Below, piece after piece: positions 51,819-62,764 of a stretch of 62,764 nucleotides of DNA. The DNA lies in NCBI GenBank assembly GCA_030324005.1, contig JARDVH010000031.1:35675575-35738338 (forward strand). The letters are read 5' to 3'. A model generated the notes under the pieces. That model saw only the letters and a list, made by a program, of their open reading frames with translations. It had not been told where the DNA came from and did no database searches. The first letter of the stretch is position 1; every line of letters starts with the position of its first letter. Position numbers and translations under genes: made by a program. The stretch comes from Negaprion brevirostris. Lineage: Eukaryota.

Positions 51819-52734
51819 NNNNNNNNNNNNNNNNNNNNNNNNNNNNNNNNNNNNNNNNNNNNNNNNNNNNNNNNNNNNNNNNNNNNNNNNNNNNNNNNNN
51901 NNNNNNNNNNNNNNNNNNTCAGTATTATACATTAAGAATTATGTGAAGAAGATCCTCATAATGCTTAATCAGTTGTGGCAGAAAAGTTAATTAATCATGA
52001 CTAGTAACCACTTCTCGGTTTTCAGGGCTACAGTGTACAGGATTTAATATGCATTGTCTGAGCCTTTTAGTGAAGGATTAATATCACTTTTCTTTTAGAG
52101 AGAGAACAGAAAATGATCTGCAGGAGATGGGTGGGCGTGCTCCTGGCAGGCTCAGATGAACACCCTCCCTTATGCCACGGTTTGTCACTGCAGCATGCTC
52201 TGTAGAGGGGTTTCCTACACGTCTGCCACCTCACAGTGGTGGCCAAGCTTCAACAGCCATTTTTAATTTAATCTTTGAAATGGTTGGAGAGAGGCAACTT
52301 CCATATTGAAGTGTCCTGTGGCTCCTGCCATGGCATTCTGCTGCTACATTCAAACTGGAAAGTCTCAGATTGGCCCTCCAATTTCAAAAGCTTGCCTGTT
52401 ATCCTTAATTGGATGCCGAGCCCTCCCTCTGGTCATTAATTGACCGCTCAGGGAAAAATCACAATGAGTGACTGTTTCTCACACAGTGTGGGCTTCTGAA
52501 CCCAATTTGAGCCTGAAGGCGAGGTTCAAAAACATACAGAGAAAATCCTGCCACTGAAATTTGCAAGATTTGATCACTGCTCATCTTGCAGGCTACATTT
52601 GTGTTCAGTATAAAGGAGCTACACAGAAAATGAAGGAGAACAAAATTAAACTTTCTCCACAAATATTTCACCAAACTGTTGCAAATCTTCTAAACATAAA
52701 TTTTTACTCATCTCACTCGTTCAGTTCAAATAAC

Positions 52735-53040
52735 TGGTGGCATGGTGGCACAATGGTTAGCACTGCTGTCTCACAGCCTCAGGGACTCAGGTTTGATTCT
52801 GGCCTCAGGTCACTGTCTATGTGGAGTGTGCATATTCTCCCCGTGTCTATCGGGTTTCCTCTGGTTGCTTCGGTTTCCTCCCACATTCCAAAGATGTGCT
52901 GGTTGGGCTGATTGGCCATGGTAAATGGCCCTTTAGTGTCAAGAACTAGGAGAGTAAATATATGGGATTATGCAGATAGGACCTGGTTCAGTGCAGGCTT
53001 GCTGGGCCAAATTACCTCCTTGTGCACTCTAGATTCTATA
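52735..53040 (+). mobile_element. HE1-type SINE
   Basis: GGCATGGTGGCACAATGGTTAGCACTG, V core, tail. Confidence 0.85.
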
Positions 53041-53186
53041 AGCAATGTTACTTTGACATATTCTACCAAACACTCAAAACAAAGTGAGCTGGAAATATTC
53101 ACTATAGAGCTCTTATATGACACTGCAACAGTGATGGGATGGGTGATTCTATTAAAGCAACACAGCAGGCTGGGAGACTTGAGCAG

Positions 53187-53978
53187 AGGCCGTTTTTACT
53201 GGGCACCAAGTCTGCCAAGCATCTCTGGCAGCCAGATTTCTGGTGCCATCAGCTCCGTGCCAGAAATCAGGGCGGAGCTGAATAATTTATTTAAATCACC
53301 ATCTCCATTTATTTTAAGTATAATTAGCAGACCTGGGACTGAAATCTCCAGGCCCGTTAGCCTCTTTCCCTTGCCAGGAGCATTTCACTCCAACGCAGTT
53401 TAATAAAGGTCCCCACTTGCAGGGAGCTGGTGACCCAACTGCGAGGGAGTGAAGGGGCCAATCGAGGTTCCCTATAGGGTCAAATGGCAGTGAGTGCCCC
53501 AGGGCATTGCGAGCTTGGCAGTGCCAGCATGACCCACTGGCACTGTCCAAGAGGCAAAGTGCCAATGATGGGGGTGCGGGGATCGGGGCTGGGGAAATCG
53601 GGCTGTGGGGCAAGGAAGAGGCGGGGCTGGCCCAGACACATCCGGGAAGCTAGCAATCGGGCCTTGGTGGTCTCGGGGGAGCTGGCCAACAATCAAGGTG
53701 GCCAGCATTCAGGAGGCTGGCAGTGTGGGCTACTGTGCATGTGCTGATCTCAGCACTGACAGATCGGTGCACGCACAGTGGCTCGCTCAGCGCTATGGTG
53801 CTGGACTCTCCAGTGGGAATAGACCCCACCTACTGAATTTCAGCATGATTCATGCTAAGGCACTCTGCAGCGCAGAGTGTGGGAGATTCATTTTTGAAAC
53901 TCCCACTGAAAAATGTGATTTATTCCAGTTTTTATGCAAATTCAATATTTAGAATTTTGTTTGGGAGAATTGCCTCCC
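53187..53978 (-). mobile_element. GC-rich MITE (same family as 18181 and 42772)
   Basis: Right end is the reverse complement of the 18283/42772 left-end motif; internal TTGGCAGTGCCAG..TGGCACTGTCCAA palindromes. Confidence 0.65.
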
Positions 53979-54771
53979 AAAAGATGCTATCACTAAATCA
54001 AATATGCTGCACTATTGTCTTGAGTTTTGCATAAATTCAAATTATCATGTTTTCTTAATTGAACATCAACCCCAGAATAAGCTTGCTGTTTTTGCAGAGT
54101 TTGAGATATGCAACATGAATTAACATGACAGAAAATATAACTCAACCAACTGTAGTATTAAGTACCTCAGATATCTCATATATTGAAATACAATGGGACA
54201 ACATTTCAATTTTCATCACCAGTATAGTAAACTAGCTCATTTTGCAAGGTTATTAAGATATTTAAAATACAAATTCAGACAATTGGCAGAATGTAATGGT
54301 CAGGATGAGAGCACACTCGTCCACAGGCACACTGATGACAACGCTGCGGTGGTCATTTTCAGGAGGCTCAATGGGATGAAGGTGCTTGCATGAGTCCCAC
54401 ATCCCAGTGCTGTCAGGTAAATATTGGTATGTGGCACCAATGGGGAAGACACTCTTGGTCTCCCACGTGGCAGAGAACTGATAAAATGCTCCTGACAGTA
54501 GAAAGAGGACATTAATTTACCACCTCAGTGGCTAAGTTGGTCTCTGGGGTGGGAGGGTCTTACATTGCTTTGACCGTCATTGTCAAAATGCCATAACAAT
54601 AGCTTTGGCGCTGGGGGGATGGCATATCCCATTTCACAGAACTGCTGGTCACACCACGGGGATCAGTGGCCAGTGCAGGGATAGCAATTGGTTTGGAGAA
54701 ACAGCAAGGACACTGCACTCAGAATGATTTACATGGGTTCACTACCACGGAATTAGTCTTTTTTAATAATG

Positions 54772-55055
54772 GAGAGACAGTGATGTAGTGACAATTTTAC
54801 CAGACTTGTAATCCAGAGACCCAGGCTAATTCCGCAGGGACGAGTTCAAATCTCGCCATGGCAGCCAGTGGAATTAAAATTCAGTTAATAAATCTGGAAA
54901 TGAAAGTTGGTCTCAGTGATGGTGACCATGCCATTGATTATCACAAAAATCCATCCTTCGCTGATACCCATTAGGGAGGGAAATCTGCCATCGTCACCTG
55001 GTCTGGCCTACATGTGACTCCAGAGCCACAGCAATGTGGTTGACTGTTGACTGCC
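54772..55055 (+). mobile_element. second tRNA-SINE family
   Basis: B-box GAGTTCAAATCTC; AGGGAGGGAAATCTGCC..CATGTGACTCCAGAGCCACAGCAATGTGGTTGAC. Confidence 0.75.
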
Positions 55056-55520
55056 NNNNNNNNNNNNNNNNNNNNNNNNNNNNNNNNNNNNNNNNNNNNN
55101 NNNNNNNNNNNNNNNNNNNNNNNNNNNNNNNNNNNNNNNNNNNNNNNNNNNNNNNNNNNNNNNNNNNNNNNNNNNNNNNNNNNNNNNNNNNNNNNNNNNN
55201 NNNNNNNNNNNNNNNNNNNNNNNNNNNNNNNNNNNNNNNNNNNNNNNNNNNNNNNNNNNNNNNNNNNNNNNNNNNNNNNNNNNNNNNNNNNNNNNNNNNN
55301 NNNNNNNNNNNNNNNNNNNNNNNNNNNNNNNNNNNNNNNNNNNNNNNNNNNNNNNNNNNNNNNNNNNNNNNNNNNNNNNNNNNNNNNNNNNNNNNNNNNN
55401 NNNNNNNNNNNNNNNNNNNNNNNNNNNNNNNNNNNNNNNNNNNNNNNNNNNNNNNNNNNNNNNNNNNNNNNNNNNNNNNNNNNNNNNNNNNNNNNNNNNN
55501 NNNNNNNNNNNNNNNNNNNN

Positions 55521-55720
55521 GACTGTGTGGAGTTTGCATGTTCTCCCCATGCCTGCATGGGTTTCCTCCCACCCTCCAAAGAGTGTGCAGGTTAAGTGGA
55601 TTGGCCATGGGAATTTGCCTCTTTGTGTCAGGGGGATTAGCAGGGCTTGGGTGGGACTGTTGTTGGTGCAGGCTCAATGGAACGAATAGCCTCCTTCTGC
55701 TCTGTAGGGATTCTATGATT
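55521..55720 (+). mobile_element. HE1-type SINE 3' part
   Basis: V core and tail following a gap. Confidence 0.85.
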
Positions 55721-55741
55721 ACACTACTTGAGGTCCCATAA

Positions 55742-55880
55742 AATTTAATTTGATTTCATTTGATATATTATTGTCATGTGTATTAACATACAGTGAAAAG
55801 TATTGTTTCTTTCACGTTATATAGACAAAACATATCATTCATAGAGAAGGAAATGGGGAGAGTGCAGAATGTAGCGTTAC
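55742..55880 (-). mobile_element. Rex1/Babar-type tail
   Basis: Matches 6530-6636 in reverse. Confidence 0.75.
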
Positions 55881-56654
55881 ACAAAACACCAAATTAAATA
55901 ACTGTTTTATACAAGGTTAATCTGATCAAGTAAAGCATTTCTAAGATTGTGTAAAGAGTGAGAAGTTGAAATCCATTATTCAATATTTGGCAGGGGCAAG
56001 ACAAGTTTAGATGCTGCCTTCAATTGACCGTCCACAGCTGCAGGTCGGATGATGTAGTCATTTAACTAATGGTTTGGCCTGTTGCTCTGTATAAAATAGT
56101 ACACCTCCAGTAAGACTCAATAACACCTGTCCTCACTCACCTGATCTCTATGTGACTCCAGTCCCACACAAGTATGGCTGGCTCTTAATTACTTAATTAC
56201 TCTCTGAAATGGCCTAGCAAGTCACTCAGTTGTCAAGGAGAGGTGGAAAATAAATGCCCACATTGTCAGTAGTGCCTACATCATGAGAATGAATACTTGG
56301 AAGCAAAGATTTCAAGATACTGTAAATTGGAGATGTTAAGAATGCAATGATATCCTGCTAAATATTTAATTTTTAGTCTGCATACTAGGAAATATTTTTA
56401 AAAGTTTAAATGCAATGCTGAAATCTGATACATTCTACACAAATTAACATTGCTTTGAAATTGTAATTATAATAATTTACTAGTGATTTATAATTTACCC
56501 AATTAGAAGGTTTGCAAAACACTCTTTAAAGAATACAATTATAATGTTGGTGTAATGTCAGGAATAGTTGATTTGTGTACATTGGTTATTTAATGCACAA
56601 TTCAGTTGTATGAACAAAATGAATTCTTTGACTTGGTGATAATGGATGAGTGAA

Positions 56655-56905
56655 GGCAATGTAACCATAATATTATTGGTCTAGTAATCCAGAGAAGGTG
56701 AGTTCAAACCCCACAATGGCTGTTTGTGAATTTGAATTCACTTGAAAAACATTAAACATATTGCCAATAAATCCTAGTAAAGATGGCATGAAAATTGTTG
56801 GATTATCATAAAAATCCAACTGGTTCATTAATACCCTTTACAGAAGGAAATGTATTTGACTATTAACTGCCCCTTGAAGTGGTCAAGCAAGCCACTCAGT
56901 TGTAT
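56655..56905 (+). mobile_element. second tRNA-SINE family, decayed
   Basis: AGTAATCCAGAG..GAGTTCAAACCCCAC..AACTGGTTCATTAATACCCTTT. Confidence 0.65.
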
Positions 56906-57339
56906 CAAATCGCAAATAATAAGCAGGATAGAAGCGGGCAATTTAAGTGCTAAAGGTATGAATCTGGCATGCTCATTTTGATCCATTAACATTCCGGAGA
57001 CTTTTATCATCATTCCTGGATATAATCTATTCCACTGACCAGACGGATTCATTTGCAGTGGGAACAAAATGGTAAACAGTTATATGACAATGGCCCTAAG
57101 AGTCTTCAAACACTGACATCTCATGACTTCAATTTAAACACGGGCAAATGAATGACCTGCTGTTTACCATCTCCCTCAGTCAATGAATCAAGACTCCTCC
57201 ATGTTTAAACACCACTGAGAGGATGCCCTGAGGGTAATAAAGGCACAGAATATATTCTGGATGAGGGACTAAATTGTCTGTCATAATGTTATTTTGCAAT
57301 ACCAATATCTTTAAATGAGATCATAGATCGTAGTATAGA

Positions 57340-58185
57340 ATTTGAATATTGCTGAAAAGAGAGACATTTTGTTGAAGTTTTTCATCAGGAGAAATGCAAG
57401 AATGCCAAATTTCAAATTATCACAACAATATACACTGCAGGACAAAAAGGGTACGGATTAGTTAGCGAGTCAATTCTGATTGGTCGAGACACTACCACGG
57501 AAAAGGTTAGAGGTTCCCCAAGCTCCCGGGTAATACAAAAAATGTGCAACTCTTAAACATCTTCCTATTTGTTTGCTGAGATGGTCCATTGTGTATGAAT
57601 GTATGTTGCTTCTAGCAAGTATAATGTGCAACAATCCTCACCTGATTATCTTAAATTGGTTGTTGATGTAGCAATGAGCACACTCAGGATTGTTCAGTAA
57701 GTGCCGCATAATCATGGAAGCATGTCTAACAGAAGAAGTTTTGTTTTGCGAGCACAAGCTGGTTGAGTTTGGTGTATACCCTGCTTATTATGAACAAACA
57801 AAGGAACATGTTGGTTGCAGCTAACCTACGGGTCAATGCATGTCTTAATCAGATCATTGTTTGCTGTGTATCACACAAACTAAGGCAAAAGGCCGCCACT
57901 TTCAAACAGAAGTAGTGCCCCAATTACCGTGGAAAGATGAAGTGACACAAAAAAATGAACAACAGGCTCAGCAAATCTTTCTACTATTCAGTGGTTACTG
58001 AGTGATATTTTCCTATAACAGGATGCTGCCATCAGTCCAAAAAGATCTTCTGCCTGCCACACAGTTGAACAATGTTGTGAATGCACTTCAATGCATGTGT
58101 GATGCCAGATATGTAGACTATCCACCTTGATTGGCTGATCAAATCAAACAGTATGTTCCTTTGACAGTTCGTGATAGACAGAGTA
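57340..58185. mobile_element. Penelope-like element (family B) with a 5' inversion
   Basis: Minus 57340-57820: QHVPLF..RHLLNNPECAHCYINNQFKII plus 3' UTR; plus 57830-58185: RMLPSVQKDLLPATQLNNVVNALQCMCDARYV (GIY-YIG endonuclease region). Confidence 0.75.
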
Positions 58186-58484
58186 TAGTCAATAATGTAG
58201 AACTGCTGGTAGATGAATGTACGTTGTGGAGAGAGTGCTGTATAGAGACCCCTCTGTTGTGGAGGTGTAAATAAAGTTAGTTCAATAATGGGTGCCTGCA
58301 GCTGAGCATGTGTTAGTCCTACTCAGTGCAATGCACAACACTTAGGATTTCCCAACACATTGCGGTGCCTTTGAAGTTTAGTCATGGTCATAATGTAGGA
58401 AATGTGGCAGCTCAATTGTGCACAGTAAGCTCACACAAATGGCAATGCGATAATGAGCAATCTGTTTTAGTCCAGTAAGCCAAT

Positions 58485-60500
58485 TGAGTCAGCCTGTTCC
58501 TGTCCCATTGAACTCATTTCTTCCCAGCTTAACTCCATCTTCTCTCCTCTTGTCCATTCCTTTCCCATCTACAGCTGTGATTCCTCTAATGCCCTACATC
58601 ACATCAACAATTTCCAGTTCCGTGGCCCTAATTGCCACCCCTTTACCATGGATGTCCAATCCCTCTACATCTCCATTCTCCATCAAGATGGCCTAAGGTC
58701 TCTTCACTTCTTCCTCAAACAGGATTCTCATCCATTACCACTCCTCTGCCTACCTGAACTTGTTCTCTTAGTGAATAAATTTCTCCTTTAACTCATCTCA
58801 CTTCCTCCAAGTAAAACATGTGGCTATGGATACCTGCAAGGGACCCAGTTATGCCTGTCTCACTATGGGGTAAGTGTTGCATTCTGTGTTCCAGTCCTAC
58901 TCTAGCTCCCTCCCACAATTCTTTTATCAGTACATTGACCCTTTCATTGCCACTTCATGCTGTCACCTGGACCTGGAAAAATTTATGAATTTTGTTTCCA
59001 ATTTCCCACCCCACAATCACTGTTACGTGGTCCATCTTTGACCCTTCCCTTCCATCCCTTGACCTCTTGGTCTCCCTTTCTGGTGATAGACTGTTTACTA
59101 GGATCCATTACAAGCCCATCAACTCCCACAGCCATTTTGAATACAATTCTTCACATCCCACATCCTGTAAGGATTTCATCCCATTCTCTCAGTTCCTTCA
59201 TCTCCATCGTATCTGTTCTGATTATGCCACTTTCCAAAATGGTGCTTCTGGTATATCTTCCTTCTTCCTTAATTGTGGTTTCTATGGTTGACAGAGCTTT
59301 CAACTGTGTCCGAACCATTTCCCATGCTCTGTTCCCACCCCTTCCCCTCCCTCCAGAATAGGATAGGGTCCCCCTTGTCCTCACTTTTCACTCCATCCAT
59401 CTCCACATTCCAAGGATCATCCTCAGCCATTCCTGCCAACTCCAGCATGATGCCACCACCAAACACATCTTCCTCTGTCAGCATTCTGCAGGGACTATTC
59501 TCCCTGGGACACCATGGTCCACAGCTCCATTACGCCCAACAACTCAGCCCCTAACTACAGCACCTTCCCCTGCAATCATGGAAGATGCAACACCTGCCCT
59601 TTTACCTTCTCCCTGTCACCATCCAGGGACTTAGACACCCCTTTCAGGTGAAGCAGTGCTTCAAGTGCACTTCCTTTAATCTGGTCTATTGCACTTGCGG
59701 CTTTGAATGTTTACATTGGAGAGACTGAATACAGAAGGGATGATCATTTTGCAGAACACATTCAGTCCATCCGCAAGTGAGTTTCCTGTCACTTGCCATT
59801 TCAACACTACATNNNNNNNNNNNNNNNNNNNNNNNNNNNNNNNNNNNNNNNNNNNNNNNNNNNNNNNNNNNNNNNNNNNNNNNNNNNNNNNNNNNNNNNN
59901 NNNNNNNNNNNNNNNNNNNNNNNNNNNNNNNNNNNNNNNNNNNNNNNNNNNNNNNNNNNNNNNNNNCACCTTCACCCCATTTCCATCATTTTCTTTTCTT
60001 GATACTGTTTTTTCCCTTTTTTTGTTTTCATTTCTTCCATTGATTCATTTTTTTATTTCTCCCTTTTTTTATAATGGCACTTTCCATCTTTTTCCCTTAC
60101 TGCTGTTTCTCCACCCCAGTAGGGTCATCTGTAACTTGTTCCAGGTTGTCCTTTGACACAATGCTCAACTTTGTCTGCCATGAACACATTCTGATCACTC
60201 AATATACCACTGTCAGCGTCCTTCCTAGCCTTGATCACCACCATTACACTCCGTTTGTCTTTTTGTTCAAAGTATATTTGTCAGTCTCTCCCTTGCCTTC
60301 ACCTATCATTGGTCCTCTATTCAGTCCCTACTGCTCCACCCACACCCCCGCAACAGTATATTTCCAGTTCTCTTTAGTTCTGACAAAGAAACATCCAGAT
60401 TCGAAATGTTAGCTCTGACCTCCCTTTACAGATACTGAAATTTTCCAACATTTTCTGTTTTTGTTTCAGATTCCAGCAATCACACTAATTTGTCTTTATC
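58485..60500 (+). mobile_element. Penelope-like retroelement (family C): decayed RT, GIY-YIG region and 3' end
   Basis: TMDVQSLYISI, VAMDTCKGPSYACL, LPSLDLLVSLSGDRLFTRIHYKPINSHSHFEYNSSHPTSCKDFIPFSQF, TFPCNHGRCNTCPF, CTSFNLVYC; hammerhead remnant at 60376-60414. Confidence 0.9.
60376..60414 (+). ncRNA. degenerate hammerhead motif
   Basis: AGTT-CTGACAA-AGAAACATCCAGATTC-GAAA-TGTT-AGCT (G8>A). Confidence 0.55.
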
Positions 60501-62149
60501 TGCTTTAGTGGTGTTGATTGAATGCCAGTGGTTACAAAAATATAGCTAAGGATAAGGAGGTGATTATCGGCTGATTTCTTTACAAATTATTTCAAGGTCA
60601 CAGTGCAAGTTTCCTTTGCCTGTTTAATCAATATTTCAATGTCCAATGTCAGCTGCAATAAGTAGAATCACAGACTGTCTTTGCTGTGCTTTTTCTCCAT
60701 GTGCTCCCACTTGAATCCAGTACCATGGAAACAAAATATTCCAGTGCTTTTCTTCCCTTGTGTGGTCTGATGTAATCCATTTTGTTGTCTTTCAAGTTGT
60801 GATTTTTGAAGGCCATGACAATGTGTTCTTATTCAGTAAAATATAGTTATTACAGTATGTGATTTCTGAAACCCACCTCATACCATCTTTATTCTTATCC
60901 CTTCATGAACCGTTTAATTTATTCTTGAAGTTGTAAATGATGCACTGTACAGGCATTCAGTTGCAACATCTCTAAGCAGTGACTTGTGACTGCTTGCTGC
61001 CAAACAACTAATGCTGCTTCCGTCTGTCTGAGATTAGCAAAAGACTATTTGCTTCTAACGACTTGACACCACCAACCAACTTCTGCCACTCCCCAGAGAT
61101 TCCAGGCTTCATTCTCTTCTCAACTGCTTCAAGACCAAGTCTTCAACTCACTCCAAACTCAAGCCCTAAACATATCCATTCATTTCCCACTTAGCCTCCT
61201 GATCCTTATGCTTAGTCCACCATTCCCCTGGCTCCATCTCTCTGCTCTCAAAGTCCCACTTCCTTCTTTATATCCAAGAGATAAGGAACTGGATTGCCCT
61301 GACCTCATTGCATAAGGATCTCTCCACTCTATGATACTGGCCTAATTTCCTGGGATGAGGGTCACTAAGTGTTCTTGAAGCACAGTCAGCCAGATTCCTG
61401 TCATGAAGTGGGAATCTGCAAGCTGCCAGCTAGAATATTGGTATGATATGGCAACAGGAATCAGATTAATTGGGCAAAAGTGCCTCAAATATAAATGCAA
61501 GTCCCACTGAACGCCTTTTGGCTGTGACTGATTTATTATTGTCACATATATTAGTATACCGTGAATTGTTTCTTGCATGTTATACAGACAAAGCAAACCG
61601 TACATTGAGAAGGAAAAGGGAGTGTGCAGAGTGTAGTGTTATAGTCATAACTGGGTGTAATGAAAGATCAACTTAATACGAGGTCGGTCCATTCAAATGT
61701 CTGATGGTAGCAAGGAAGAAGCTGTTCTTGAGTCAGTTGGTACACACCTCCAGACTTTCATATCTTTTGCCCGATGGAAGAAGGTGGAAGAGAGTATGTC
61801 CAGGGTGGGTGAGGTATTTGATTGTGCTGGCTGCATTTCCTAGGCAGAAGGGAGCATAGACAGAGTCAGTGGATGGGAGATTGGTTTGTGTGATAGACTG
61901 GGCTTTATTCATGACCCTTTGTAGTTTTTTGCAGTCTTGCACAGAGCAGGAGCCATACCAAGCTGTGATGCAACCAGAAATAGTGCTTTTTATGGTGCAT
62001 CTGCGAAAGTTGGTGAGAGCCTTAGTAGAGATGCCAAATTTCCTTAGCCTCCTGAGAAAGTAAGGGCATTGATGGGCTTTCTTAACTAAAGCGTTGGCAC
62101 AGAGGGACCAGGACAGGTTGTTAGTGATCTGGACACCGAGATACTTCAG

Positions 62150-62358
62150 ACAAGATGCAGACAATGCATCTTTAAGACTTGAATAGCAGGTTAGTTGTAA
62201 AGACTCACATTCTAATCAGTAATCTGTAAATCTGTTATATGCTCTGTTTGAGGCCAGAACTCTCCATTCATCTGACGAAGGGGCAAACCCCGAAAATTTG
62301 TGAGTTTACTATCAAATAAACCTGTTGGACTTTAACCTGGTGTTGTGAGATTTCTTAT
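62150..62358 (+). mobile_element. Penelope-like 3' terminal repeat (family A)
   Basis: CTTTAAGACTTGA..TGTAAAGACTCACATTC..CAAATAAACCTGTTGGACTTTAACCTGGTGTTGTGAGATTTCTTA. Confidence 0.85.
62267..62304 (+). ncRNA. minimal type I hammerhead ribozyme, core intact
   Basis: TTCAT-CTGACGA-A-GGGG(CAAA)CCCC-GAA-AATT-T-GTGAG; stems I and II pair, stem III is the palindrome AATT. Confidence 0.8.
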
Positions 62359-62764
62359 ATTGTCTAGGCATTCCAGGGTTCAGTGTAGGGCCAGGGAGAT
62401 AGCGTCTGCTGTGGACCTGTTATGGCGGTAGCTGAATTATGGTGATGTGGATAAGCGTGTGACTGACGGTGCTGGAAGTCTACTCATCTTTCTTTCAGTT
62501 TCTCCTCAGTGGCATTTTACTTTAATTTACTTGGTAGGAAAGAAAATTAAGAGGTGTTGTAATGGTTTGTTGCAACTGTGTAGTTTTGATGATGCCAAGT
62601 CATGTTTCTTGCCCCCGTGCTTGCAATCGCAAGCTATTGTAGAGGCATGACAAAATGATGTAGTCTAACTCACAGCTGCAACTGGCCTCCCTCATTTCTA
62701 TCTTCAATATTGATCAGCCACCCAACTCCCCGGGATCTCCAGAGTGTCCTCCTCACGATCCCAT

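Larger units (their letters stand above)
61525..62432 (-). mobile_element. Rex1/Babar-type LINE fragment interrupted by a Penelope repeat
   Basis: KYLGVQITNNLSW..KKAHQCPYFLRRLRKFG..RCTIKSTISGCITAWYGSCS; homology resumes at 62359-62432. Confidence 0.9.

Noticed and set aside
52912-53403. 163-aa ORF
   Set aside because: Runs from a SINE tail through unique DNA into a MITE; chance ORF
61513-61523. GCCTTTTGGCT match to U2
   Set aside because: Only 11 nt with no other colinear U2 blocks

Overview
Eukaryotic, repeat-rich, gapped draft genomic DNA. The repeat content points to a cartilaginous fish (shark): HE1-type tRNA/V-SINEs, CR1, L2 and Rex1/Babar-type LINE fragments, Penelope-like elements, two decayed Gypsy/Ty3 elements, and Harbinger remnants with MITEs. 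I found no confident host protein-coding gene, rRNA, tRNA gene or CRISPR array. Nearly all listed ORFs are repeat fragments, chance ORFs or read through N gaps, so the window looks intronic or intergenic, with a few weak minus-strand exon candidates. The most interesting signals are non-coding: (1) seven hammerhead-ribozyme motifs from three Penelope-like families, including one apparently intact motif (62267-62304) and a 250-bp palindromic mini-element with two opposed hammerheads and a 12-bp TSD (2016-2265); (2) a remodelled U2 snRNA-derived element (34327-34465); (3) a possible recurrent CR1-RT/Rex-tail chimera; (4) several inversion, nesting and deletion events readable from the sequence. 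Family names come from motif recognition, not database searches, and boundaries are approximate unless stated.
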